This document shows positions 8,901 through 16,141 of a stretch of 32,071 nt of DNA, one piece after another. Position numbers and translations under genes: made by a program. The stretch comes from an uncultured virus (IMG/VR IMGVR_UViG_3300037466_002099) (Duplodnaviria; Heunggongvirae; Uroviricota; Caudoviricetes), in the IMG/VR virus record IMGVR_UViG_3300037466_002099; one strand, written 5' to 3'. The notes under the pieces are model-generated. The model ran no database searches and was not told where the DNA came from. It worked only from the letters and a program-made list of their open reading frames with translations. How positions within the stretch are numbered: position 1 is the stretch's first letter; every line of letters begins with the position of its first letter.

Positions 8901-10452
8901 CGGCGGCAAGAACGCCGCCCGGCAACGGCTGGTGAAGCTGGTCGACGCCAACAAGCGCGTCGTCGCCGCCTTCGGTACCGGGTCCGGCAAGTCGCTGCTG
9001 CAGCTCGCCTCCTTTACGCATCTGCACCAGCAGGGCAAGGCCAAGCGCGGCTTGTTCCTCGTGCCGTCGATCGTGCAGGGGCAGTTCTCCGGCGAGGCGC
9101 TGCGCTACCTCGAGCCCGGCAAGTTCAACTGGCATATCGAGCCCGGTGCCAGCCGCGAGGAGCGGATTTCCGCCTACAAGAACCCAGAGCACCATTTCTG
9201 CGTGATGACGCACCAGTCGTTCCGCGACGACATGATGCACCTGGGCGCCAAGCATGCCGGCATCGCCGAGTCCGAGATGTCCGACCGACTGAACGCCATG
9301 ACGCCGGCCGAGCGCAAGGACTGGATGAAAGGCGTCTGTGAGCGCGAGGGCATCAACTTCGACTACCTGACTGTGGACGAGAGCCAGTACACACTGAACC
9401 GCGCCGGCAAGGAAAATTCCGGGCTGGCGAATGTGGTCGACGCGCTGTCCGCGCATACGCCGTACTACCTGACGGCTTCGGGCGACCCGGTGAAAAATGA
9501 CGCCTCCGAGGTCTATGACCTGATGCGCAAGATGGATCCGGACCGCTACGCCGACCGCGCCGCGTTCATGCGCCGCTACGGCGCCGATACCCTGGCGTCC
9601 AAGGACGCACTGAAGCGCGAGATGGCGCGCTACGTCTATCCGAGCCGCATCGACCCGGATGTGACTGCAAACCGCCGCGCCGAGACGGTCGAATTGTCGG
9701 ACGGGCAAAAATCGGCCCTGGCCGAGCTGGACCGCCATTTCAGCAATGCGCGGTTGTCGCGCATGCAGGGCAAGGTAGATGTCGAGGCCATGAAGGCGAT
9801 CTCGCCGAGCTCGTTCGCCGACGTGCCGGAGGACAAGCATGAGGCCGTCGCCAAGGACTTGCAGGCCAATCTCGGCATCCTGAAGTCGTCGGCGATCGCC
9901 CGGGTGATCAATTCCCATCCGGACAATGCCAAGATTGAGCACCTGTCGAAGCTGGCCGGCGAGCGCAAGGGCAAGCCGGGCGTGGTTTTTGCGCACTCGC
10001 TCGAGGCAGTCAACCGCATCAAGGAGCGACTGGAAAAGGACGGGCACCGCGTCGTCGTGCTGACCGGCGCCGACAGCTCCAAAGAAAAGGAGAAGAAGCG
10101 GCTTGCCTTCAACCCGGAGCAGGGCGAGGCCAGCGCCGATATCCTGATCGCCTCGGACGCGGGGGCAACTGGGATGAACATCCAGCGTGGGCAATGGCTG
10201 GTGAACGTTGACACGCCGCAAACCGCGATGACGCATGCGCAGAGGGGAGGAAGGATATACAGGACTGGCCAAACTCGAAATGTCGAGCTCATCGATTTAG
10301 TCGCTGATCATCCGGAGGAGCGTAAAGCTCGCGACAGACTTCAAAAGAAATATGCATTGCGAGAATTGATGACAAGCCCAATGGAAGGGCTTGATGACAC
10401 TGGAATTTCCTGGTTTATCAAGCAACGACAGGAGGCACAAACTTTCGTGTAG
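5923..10452 (+). CDS. Large SNF2/SF2 helicase-like protein (1509 aa) with ~990-aa helical N-terminal region; candidate virion-packaged protein
   Basis: C-terminal motifs AFGTGSGKS (Walker A), TVDESQ (Walker B variant), ASGDP, SDAGATGMNIQ, QRGGRIYRTGQ. Codon usage matches the region. N-terminus MTKILFLKA. Confidence 0.85.
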   Translation: MTKILFLKAASIPPGARWITVHAGGNKDAKGQPVLIQPNPDGSAHVIGGAGGALNYLKLRAVRSEDDYKREAEQRRKDKAEKRKEQRAADKEAGIYESKAKAKENLRLQQQAHEKEFIRTVAQSMGWEPKSLEFPEQDYAHLSETALSKVATKHHRELLSRALDAVEMQRQRLVTDAAARMEAGIGEIPLDAKGADTLSVEDIAPVAPASGGLGFQADYKNRAEAAGLSEDELKREADAARAAKLSQMTDAQRRAAVTRGETAKMVRQELQNIREPIVSDAKAQLVEAKKATELLKAQKRLRQIQKKARDFNAEIDKSAAEPKAFVLEYTADPDTDAKVAEDIAGDLRTMKTQAFLSEFKRLAGERPEETLGKHLGIGAYNSINSLALAVGGEALVDRSVVDVLGIAGAAQVLARRIHTDLPDDVERITDGMQDFHLHHYMQASEEALSEARDLMDAAKEIELGEAATGSDLQSAQELNAKRRRAVNDAQKTLGQALGEMEANAAILVSLKQGKKDKFQVSLGKISAEDAIRQVRAIGLQRGDYTIENVAGDTFLTVNGTGLDRLAKPVNRADIEQVKRNLDIINGRHDEDGWLPLGVANRPDLAMDVKPGVAPRLAEPFAPGDDLEQSLRDYIGGRAADGDAPGDIVADIQSADFFQKVGWERSEAYRQALNAVAPLKDQDGKMQRAEALAEHFDKLADQFVANRYGGERSTLNRQKFAVDQKSVDALHRALTETPEGTAAYKQIGELGPHDQRALREFFYKNVAKESPDAAKLRAELEATEQNEPERETTDMFGEATTNPEWAEWKTRRDELAGKVGAASLTWGKYVDTMRGNEKAYEAVQDIIRSRVAKSFVDAHNKLSPGAPLKLGKAVVRNNLNHLDATDPAAREERMQKERELVDSLRERVQGRYASGSVGDKLDAARDRQEAFEQAQMGFFANEEPAAEATERTLAGDERHTLGHEAERQIAGMMGVVGKNFRPGQPLRLWNPAMSGGKNAARQRLVKLVDANKRVVAAFGTGSGKSLLQLASFTHLHQQGKAKRGLFLVPSIVQGQFSGEALRYLEPGKFNWHIEPGASREERISAYKNPEHHFCVMTHQSFRDDMMHLGAKHAGIAESEMSDRLNAMTPAERKDWMKGVCEREGINFDYLTVDESQYTLNRAGKENSGLANVVDALSAHTPYYLTASGDPVKNDASEVYDLMRKMDPDRYADRAAFMRRYGADTLASKDALKREMARYVYPSRIDPDVTANRRAETVELSDGQKSALAELDRHFSNARLSRMQGKVDVEAMKAISPSSFADVPEDKHEAVAKDLQANLGILKSSAIARVINSHPDNAKIEHLSKLAGERKGKPGVVFAHSLEAVNRIKERLEKDGHRVVVLTGADSSKEKEKKRLAFNPEQGEASADILIASDAGATGMNIQRGQWLVNVDTPQTAMTHAQRGGRIYRTGQTRNVELIDLVADHPEERKARDRLQKKYALRELMTSPMEGLDDTGISWFIKQRQEAQTFV

Positions 10453-11269
10453 TGAGGCGCTTCCTTTTCGGTTCTGTCGAGAGCGCTTCTTCCGGCGTCA
10501 TTCCTTTAGCAAGGCGATACTGAATGGTCGCTTTGCTGAGTCCTGTTGCGCGAGCCCAACCGGCAAGCGTTAACGATTGGCCAAATGCGGAGACTTTGAA
10601 GTTGTCTCGCCGATTGTTTGCTTGCTCATATTTCGTCGCCCATCTACAATTTTCAGGAGAGTACCCCTTGGTGTTGTCCCTCCTATCTATCGACATGTCT
10701 GATGGCGGCTCTCCCATATCTGCCAAGAAATTTTCGAATGTGTGCCATCGTTCACAGACATTTATTCCGCGACCGGCATACGCAGAATAGGATTTGTGGT
10801 TAGGATCATAGCAGCGCTGCATCATGCAGCACCAGATATTATGTACTCGTTTCCCTGTCATTCCATGGCGACGGTTGAGTGGCCTCGCGTTTTTTGCTGC
10901 CACTTCCCTATTCAGACATCCGCACGATTTTGTGTTGCCTGATGTAAGTGCACCGTAATGAACCAGCTTTTCGGTTCCGCAGTCGCACTTGCAATTCCAT
11001 CTGGACTTAGCGCTCGTGCCGTAACCCGAATTCGGTCCACGAGACAACGCCACGAGTCGGCCGAACCTCTTCCCGGTAATATCTTTTGCCCTAAACCGAA
11101 GGCAACCGCACGATTTCGTCGTTCCTTCCTTCAAATGATGTGCTGCCGCGACGGTCGTGGCACCACAATCACAGACACAATGCCACTTGGCGATTTCGCC
11201 GACTTCGGACCAGCGGTGGGTGACAGTCAAGATGCCAAAGCGCTTACCGGAAAGGTCGTCAAGTTTCAT
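10418..11269 (-). CDS. Free-standing HNH homing endonuclease-like protein (283 aa)
   Basis: Two N-terminal repeats GKRFG.L...W.C.CDCG...TKSCGC, HNH-like core SIDRRDNTKGYSPENCRWAT..EQANN, C-terminal HTH-like segment. Lower GC than flanks; convergent 35-nt overlap with the helicase gene. Confidence 0.85.
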   Translation of the reverse strand: MKLDDLSGKRFGILTVTHRWSEVGEIAKWHCVCDCGATTVAAAHHLKEGTTKSCGCLRFRAKDITGKRFGRLVALSRGPNSGYGTSAKSRWNCKCDCGTEKLVHYGALTSGNTKSCGCLNREVAAKNARPLNRRHGMTGKRVHNIWCCMMQRCYDPNHKSYSAYAGRGINVCERWHTFENFLADMGEPPSDMSIDRRDNTKGYSPENCRWATKYEQANNRRDNFKVSAFGQSLTLAGWARATGLSKATIQYRLAKGMTPEEALSTEPKRKRLTTRKFVPPVVA

Positions 11270-11298
11270 AAGTTGTGGAATTCACCGATAACATCCAT

Positions 11299-11307
11299 AT
11301 TGTATCA
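11299..11307 (-). promoter_or_regulatory. Candidate extended -10 promoter for the HNH gene (TGaTACAAT)
   Basis: Minus strand reads TGATACAAT about 30 nt upstream of the ATG at 11269. Confidence 0.4.
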
Positions 11308-11312
11308 TTTTC

Positions 11313-11341
11313 TTGGCGCAATGCTCTTTTTTGATTATAAT
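11313..11341 (+). promoter_or_regulatory. Sigma70-type promoter (TTGGCG-N17-TATAAT)
   Basis: Perfect -10 at 11336-11341, 17-nt spacer, partial -35 at 11313-11318; ATG at 11348 lies 6 nt downstream. Confidence 0.65.
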
Positions 11342-11347
11342 GGCCGC

Positions 11348-11557
11348 ATGAAGATCACCTCTCTCGCTCTCGCTGCCTCTACCTTACTCGCCGGCCCTGG
11401 GCACGCGCTCGCCGCCGACCCTGGCTCCTGCTACGGCATCGGCGACGCCGACGCGCGCACCTACTGCCTTGCCAAAGCGCGCAACGATGCGAACATGTGC
11501 TATGCCATCCAGCGCGCGGAGCTGCGCTCGGCTTGTCTGTCGGAGGTGCGAAAGTGA
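11348..11557 (+). CDS. Small secreted four-cysteine protein (69 aa)
   Basis: MKITSLALAASTLLAGPGHALA is a Sec signal peptide ending in A-L-A. The mature part has two CY.I...D/E.R..CL half-repeats. Start reassigned from the ORF-track 10958. Confidence 0.75.
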   Translation: MKITSLALAASTLLAGPGHALAADPGSCYGIGDADARTYCLAKARNDANMCYAIQRAELRSACLSEVRK

Positions 11558-11817
11558 TTGACGGCCACATGGATACGGTCCGTCGCCAGCTCGGCGAGCT
11601 CGGCGCGATGTCCGACCAGACCGAGGAAATGGAGCGGCAAATCCTGTCGCGCGCCGAAGAGGGACTTGCCAAGATCGACGCCGAGATCGACAAGGCTCGC
11701 GCCGATGCGCTGGCCGGCGGCGAGGAAGCCAAGAGCCGCTATACCTCGATGGTCAAGGAGCGGGGCGTGCTGCAGCAGGTCATCGCCCGGGCGAGGGAAG
11801 CGCTGAATCCGACCTGA
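11554..11817 (+). CDS. Hypothetical coiled-coil protein (87 aa)
   Basis: GTG at 11554 overlaps the previous TGA, RBS GGAGG at 11542-11546, helical composition, followed by a terminator. Confidence 0.65.
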   Translation: MIDGHMDTVRRQLGELGAMSDQTEEMERQILSRAEEGLAKIDAEIDKARADALAGGEEAKSRYTSMVKERGVLQQVIARAREALNPT

Positions 11818-11841
11818 TAACCGCCCAGCCAAGAAACAAAT

Positions 11842-11864
11842 AGCCGCCTCCGGGCGGCTTTTTT
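11842..11864 (+). terminator. Rho-independent terminator
   Basis: AGCCGCC-TCCG-GGCGGCT plus T run. Confidence 0.9.
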
Positions 11865-11888
11865 ATTGTCCGCATGCGCGCACGCAAA

Positions 11889-11904
11889 GTCGTGACGCCA
11901 TGAT
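11889..11904 (+). promoter_or_regulatory. Putative phage late promoter (GTCGTGAC-GC-CATGAT)
   Basis: Motif copy just after a terminator; ATG at 11911 is 6 nt downstream. Confidence 0.75.
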
Positions 11905-11910
11905 GGCGGC

Positions 11911-12801
11911 ATGGAAGAAGCCCAGCTACTTGCTGCCGTACCCGACTTTTTGAGCATTGAATCGATGTTCAAGGCGACGCCTGCCGAGGAGGCGGGCGCG
12001 CGCTTTATCTATTTCGAGGCAAGCAACGAGAAGCTGGACCAGCAGAACGAGCGGGTCATGGCGAAGGCGCTCGAGGATAGCGCCTCGCATTACCTGAAGT
12101 TCGGCAACGTCGATATCGACCATTACACGATGGTCGGCACGCGCATGGGCATCCCCAACCCGATGTCCTACGAAATCGGCCGCCCGGTGGCGGCGCGCAT
12201 CGAGAACAAGCGCACCTTCGTCAAGGCCCAGCTTTACCAGGGCGCGTCGGAGCTCGCCAAGAACGCCAATATGGTGTGGGAGTCGATGACGCAGATCAGC
12301 CCGCCGGCGCGCTGGTATCCGTCTGTGGGTGGCGCGGTGCTCGCCAAGAGCATTCAGGTCGACCCCGAGACCAAGAACAAGATCGCCGTTATCGAGAAAG
12401 TGCGCTGGACGAACGTCGCGCTGTCTCGCACGCCGGTCAATCCCAACCTGCCGACGGCGCAAACCATCCCGTTCGGTGCCTTGGCGAAGTGCTGGACGGC
12501 GCACGGCCTGGATTTCACCAAGGCGCTCGAGGCCGGCTACGGGACCGATTCCGCCGCGCTGGCTGGCGGCGCCGCGATGCGCAAGCAATCGCTCGATCGC
12601 CGCATTCATAGTTATTTCGATTTCCGCGAGCGCATTGCCAAGGCTCTCCGCAGTGGCGACGCGGGAAAGAATCCTGGCGTGAAGCAAATCGCTGCTTACG
12701 CCGCAAACCAATTCGGGCTCTCGCTGGATGAAGCAGCCGAATACACCGAGCGCTTCATGCGCGACCTGAAAACAAGTCTTAACCAACGGAGTAAGTCATG
12801 A
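11911..12801 (+). CDS. Prohead (capsid maturation) protease
   Basis: HK97/herpes-type protease pattern: EAS.E.LDQQNE, NVDIDH (His), PSVGG (Ser), NVALSRTPVNP. Lies upstream of scaffold and capsid genes. Confidence 0.8.
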   Translation: MEEAQLLAAVPDFLSIESMFKATPAEEAGARFIYFEASNEKLDQQNERVMAKALEDSASHYLKFGNVDIDHYTMVGTRMGIPNPMSYEIGRPVAARIENKRTFVKAQLYQGASELAKNANMVWESMTQISPPARWYPSVGGAVLAKSIQVDPETKNKIAVIEKVRWTNVALSRTPVNPNLPTAQTIPFGALAKCWTAHGLDFTKALEAGYGTDSAALAGGAAMRKQSLDRRIHSYFDFRERIAKALRSGDAGKNPGVKQIAAYAANQFGLSLDEAAEYTERFMRDLKTSLNQRSKS

Positions 12802-13448
12802 ATGATTTCGAAAAACTCGTCGGCGAGCTGGAAGCTCTGAACGCCGACACCGAAGCCATGACCAAAGCACTCCCGGCGGATGACGGCAAGGATGATGACA
12901 AGATCCAAGCCGCCGCTGCGGAAGGCGGCGACGGCGATGCAACCAATGACGGCGGCGAAGGCGGCGATGATGCCGACGGCGCGGCCGATGGCGACGACAA
13001 GCCGATGGCGAAGTCGATGAACGTCACGCTGGAAGACGGCACCACCGTCGAGGCGCTGGACGGCACCGAGCTCATCAAGTCGCTGACCGCCCGTCTCGAC
13101 AAGTCCGCCGAGGGCCAAAGCCAGATGGCGAAGGCGCTCGAGGCCGTCGGCGCCGTGATCAAATCGCAGGGCGAGCTGATCAAGTCGCTCAACGAAAAGC
13201 TGACCAAGCTGGCCGGTGCAGGTCGCGGCCGCAAAGCAGTTCTGTCGGTGGCGGAAAAGCCCGCTCCCGGCGAAACGATGACGAAATCCGAGCCCGAAGG
13301 GCTGTCCGGCGAGCAGTTCATGGCGAAAGCGATGGATGCCATGAAAGCCGGCCGCATTAGCGGAACGGATGTCGCCGTCGCAGAAGCGAGCCTGAACCGT
13401 GGTGTCGTGGTTCCGGCTCATATCGTCCAGCGCGTCCTGCAGTCGTAA
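12798..13448 (+). CDS. Putative capsid scaffolding protein (216 aa)
   Basis: Between protease and capsid genes; acidic low-complexity linker, coiled-coil segments and nine hydrophobic-x-K-[A/S] sites. Confidence 0.65.
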   Translation: MNDFEKLVGELEALNADTEAMTKALPADDGKDDDKIQAAAAEGGDGDATNDGGEGGDDADGAADGDDKPMAKSMNVTLEDGTTVEALDGTELIKSLTARLDKSAEGQSQMAKALEAVGAVIKSQGELIKSLNEKLTKLAGAGRGRKAVLSVAEKPAPGETMTKSEPEGLSGEQFMAKAMDAMKAGRISGTDVAVAEASLNRGVVVPAHIVQRVLQS

Positions 13449-13484
13449 GGCGCCGGTTTTATTCACATCGAGGGAAAATCGATC

Positions 13485-14948
13485 ATGTATCCGAACATTC
13501 AACTTCCCAATATTGCCGGCGGCACTTCCACGACCGGCGAGTTGGGCGCCCAGCAGTTCGAAGAGCTGCAGAAGGCATTGACGACCGGCTATGGCACGGA
13601 CGTTTCGCAGTTGACCGGCGGCGGCGCTCTGCGCATCCAGTCGCTCGACAAGACCATGATGGCGACCATTCAGGAGAACAAGCACTTCCGCCTGTTCAAC
13701 GAACTCGCCAAGAACAGCGCCGGCGCGACCGTCGACGAATGGACCGAGCAGTCCGGCGTCGGTGGCTTCCTGGGCGGCTCGACCAACACCGAAACCGGCA
13801 ACATCGCGTCGGCTCAGGGTACCTACGCTCGCCGCGTCGGTCTGGTCAAGTACCTGATGACCCGCCGCGAAGTGTCTTTCGTCTCCACGCTGGGCAACAA
13901 CATCGCCAGCTCCGAGGCGATCGAGCAGCAGGCCGGTGCCAAGCAGCTCTTGACCGACGCCGAATACCTGTCGTTCTACGGTGATTCGACCGTGGTGCCG
14001 ACCGAGTTCGACGGCATCTACGCGCAGATCGTCGCCGGCGTGGCCGCAGGACAAGTCGACGGCGGCAACATCCTCGACGCGCAGGGCCAGTCCCTCGCCT
14101 CGGTCAATCTGGTGAACCAAGCCGCCTCGCAGATCAGCCGCCGCGACAACTTCGGCACTCCGACCCACCTCTTCATGTCTCAGTTGACGCAAGCCGACTT
14201 CGACACGGGTCTGGATCCGGCCTTCCGCGTGCCGCTGACCAACGTCCCGAACGGCGGTATCTCGCTCGGCTCGCCGGTGAAGGGCATCCGTACCTCGTGG
14301 GGTGACATCGCCACGATGCCGGACGTGTTCATCAATGACGGCGATCAGGACGTGCCGTTCGAGGTGACCTATCCCGCCCTGGCTACCGCCAACACCACGA
14401 TGAAGCCGACCCTGGCGATCGACGCTTCGGTGACCGACGCTTCGTCGCAGTTCGGTGCCGGCCAAGCGGGTAATTACTATTACCTCGTGACCGGCGTCAG
14501 CGCTGCCGGCCAGTCCGACGGCCGCATCACCGCGCAGACCGCCGTGGCTGCTGGCAAGAAGGTCGTTCTGACCATCACCGCGTCCGGTGGCGGCCAAGAA
14601 ACCGGCTACGCGATCTACCGCTCGCGTCTGAACGGCACCAACACGCCGTCCGACTTCCGTCTGGTGGCTCGCGTTGCCAAGGCCGGCGGCACCACGACCT
14701 ACACCGATTACAACCGCGACATCCCGGGCACCACCAAGGCATTCGTGCTGAACATGACCCCGGGCGATCAGGCGATCAACTGGCGTCAGCTCTTGCCGAT
14801 GCTGAAGTTCCCGCTGTACCCGACCGTCGCGGCCACGATTCCGTGGGCTCAGTTGATGTTTGGCTACCTGCGCATCACCAAGCGACGGCACCACGCCATC
14901 ATCAAGAACATCCTGCCCAACGGCGCAAAGTGGAAGCCGTTTAACTAA
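13485..14948 (+). CDS. Major capsid protein (487 aa), Herelleviridae-like, with a beta-sandwich insertion
   Basis: KALTTGYGTD...GALRIQSLD N-terminus and SFYGDS...EFDGI segment recall SPO1/Twort/A511-type capsid proteins. Strong codon bias, RBS, position after protease and scaffold. Confidence 0.88.
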   Translation: MYPNIQLPNIAGGTSTTGELGAQQFEELQKALTTGYGTDVSQLTGGGALRIQSLDKTMMATIQENKHFRLFNELAKNSAGATVDEWTEQSGVGGFLGGSTNTETGNIASAQGTYARRVGLVKYLMTRREVSFVSTLGNNIASSEAIEQQAGAKQLLTDAEYLSFYGDSTVVPTEFDGIYAQIVAGVAAGQVDGGNILDAQGQSLASVNLVNQAASQISRRDNFGTPTHLFMSQLTQADFDTGLDPAFRVPLTNVPNGGISLGSPVKGIRTSWGDIATMPDVFINDGDQDVPFEVTYPALATANTTMKPTLAIDASVTDASSQFGAGQAGNYYYLVTGVSAAGQSDGRITAQTAVAAGKKVVLTITASGGGQETGYAIYRSRLNGTNTPSDFRLVARVAKAGGTTTYTDYNRDIPGTTKAFVLNMTPGDQAINWRQLLPMLKFPLYPTVAATIPWAQLMFGYLRITKRRHHAIIKNILPNGAKWKPFN

Positions 14949-14967
14949 GCGGCTGATGGCTGAAGCA

Positions 14968-14991
14968 AGGAGGCGCCGCAAGGCGCCTCCT
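14968..14991 (+). other. GNRA-loop hairpin after the capsid gene without a U-tract (mRNA stabiliser or partial terminator)
   Basis: AGGAGGCGCC-GCAA-GGCGCCTCCT perfect 10-bp stem. Confidence 0.6.
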
Positions 14992-15019
14992 CATCGCATA
15001 CATCTACGGAGAAATTTCA

Positions 15020-15271
15020 ATGCCCAAAGTTATCTGCACGCTGCCCAATGCGTCCGAGGAAATCAACGGCGTCAAGTTCGTCAGCCACAAGGACGGCATG
15101 ATTTCGGAAGAGATCAAGGAAGATGTCGCCGCGCTGTTCCTGAGCATTCCGGGCTATGTGGCGGCCGGCGCCAAGGGCGGCAAGAAGGAAAAGGAGCAGA
15201 AGGACGCCAGTCCCGAAGCGACCGCTTCCGAAACGACTGAAACCACCGCCGGTCCCGCCGACAGCGAATAA
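15020..15271 (+). CDS. Small hypothetical protein downstream of the capsid gene (83 aa)
   Basis: RBS GGAG, consistent codon usage, charged low-complexity C-terminus. Confidence 0.75.
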   Translation: MPKVICTLPNASEEINGVKFVSHKDGMISEEIKEDVAALFLSIPGYVAAGAKGGKKEKEQKDASPEATASETTETTAGPADSE

Positions 15272-15309
15272 CGCTGCGCCCGCCGGTCTTTGAAGAAAGG
15301 CTTTAAATC

Positions 15310-15552
15310 ATGGCAAATATCAACGCTGCTGGCTCCGTCCAGAGTGAACTGAATCGCTCGACTCCGGCCGCTTCCGACGCCAAGCTGGGCGACGTGCTGG
15401 CGGACCTGATCAAGCAAGTCAACCTGAACACGGCGGCCATCCTCGTGATCGCGCAAAAGCTCGATGCGGACGCCGGCGTCACCGACACGAACTATACGTC
15501 CCTGTCCGGCGCGGCCGCCAACACGGTCAAGGATCTGGAAAGCCGCTACTGA
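15310..15552 (+). CDS. Small virion protein, possible head decoration/fibre (80 aa)
   Basis: RBS GAAAGG, coiled-coil segment, last gene of the capsid transcription unit. Function inferred from position only. Confidence 0.6.
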   Translation: MANINAAGSVQSELNRSTPAASDAKLGDVLADLIKQVNLNTAAILVIAQKLDADAGVTDTNYTSLSGAAANTVKDLESRY

Positions 15553-15576
15553 CCGGCTCGCAGTCGGGCTCAATGC

Positions 15577-15611
15577 AAACCGCCTGACGGGAAACCGTCC
15601 GGCGGTTTTTT
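15577..15611 (+). terminator. Rho-independent terminator
   Basis: AAACCGCCtGACGG-GAAA-CCGTCcGGCGGTTT stem plus T run. Confidence 0.85.
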
Positions 15612-15615
15612 ACAT

Positions 15616-15631
15616 GTCGTGACGCGAAAAT
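15616..15631 (+). promoter_or_regulatory. Putative phage late promoter (GTCGTGAC-GC-GAAAAT)
   Basis: Motif copy directly after the terminator, ~50 nt upstream of ATG 15681. Confidence 0.7.
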
Positions 15632-15680
15632 TCTATCGACAACGCGGTGCTGCGCACCTCCATTTTTCAAAGGGTAGATC

Positions 15681-16139
15681 ATGGCTCGAGGCGACGTTAA
15701 GTGGTTCGCAAGTTTTCTCCTGAAGTCCAAGAACGGCGGCGCTTTCAATCTGGCGACCGACTCCATCAAAATCGGCATCGTCACCAGCACCACGGCCCCG
15801 TCCGTCAGCACGGCAGATCCGCGCTGGGGCGCCGGCGGTTCTACTGACTTTTCCGCCAATCAGGTTGCGACCGGCACCGGCTACACCGGCCCCGTCGCAC
15901 TGACCACGCAAACCTACACGCGCAGCAACGGCGTCGATACCTTCGATGCTGACGACGTGACGATTCCGCAGGACGCCTCCGGCTTCACGAACGGCGCCTA
16001 CGGCATCCTGTACGACGATACCGTCGCCGGCAAGTACGCGATCGGCTTTATCGACCTGGGCGGCCCGGTCGGCATTCAAAGCGGGCCGCTGAATATCGTT
16101 TGGAATGCCTCCGGCATCTTCACCGAGACCGCGAGCTGA
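15681..16139 (+). CDS. Virion structural protein (152 aa), beta-rich, fibre/collar-associated type
   Basis: T/G/S-rich; pattern D.IKIG.V...FDADDVT...YGILYDDT...IGFIDLG...WNASGIFT resembles common phage virion proteins. Confidence 0.6.
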   Translation: MARGDVKWFASFLLKSKNGGAFNLATDSIKIGIVTSTTAPSVSTADPRWGAGGSTDFSANQVATGTGYTGPVALTTQTYTRSNGVDTFDADDVTIPQDASGFTNGAYGILYDDTVAGKYAIGFIDLGGPVGIQSGPLNIVWNASGIFTETAS

Positions 16140-16141
16140 TC

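Noticed and set aside
6394..10272. 1292-aa antisense ORF, and similar long minus-strand ORFs at 113-2464, 2534-4072, 12696-14981 and 27806-29650
   Set aside because: Shadow ORFs: strong G/C third-position bias on the sense gene removes antisense stop codons. No recognisable motifs, and each lies opposite a well-supported gene.
10418..11269. HNH gene (and the GIY-YIG gene at 21225-22034) as group I intron- or intein-encoded
   Set aside because: Neither interrupts a reading frame; neighbouring genes end with their own stops, and no intron core or intein motifs were recognised.
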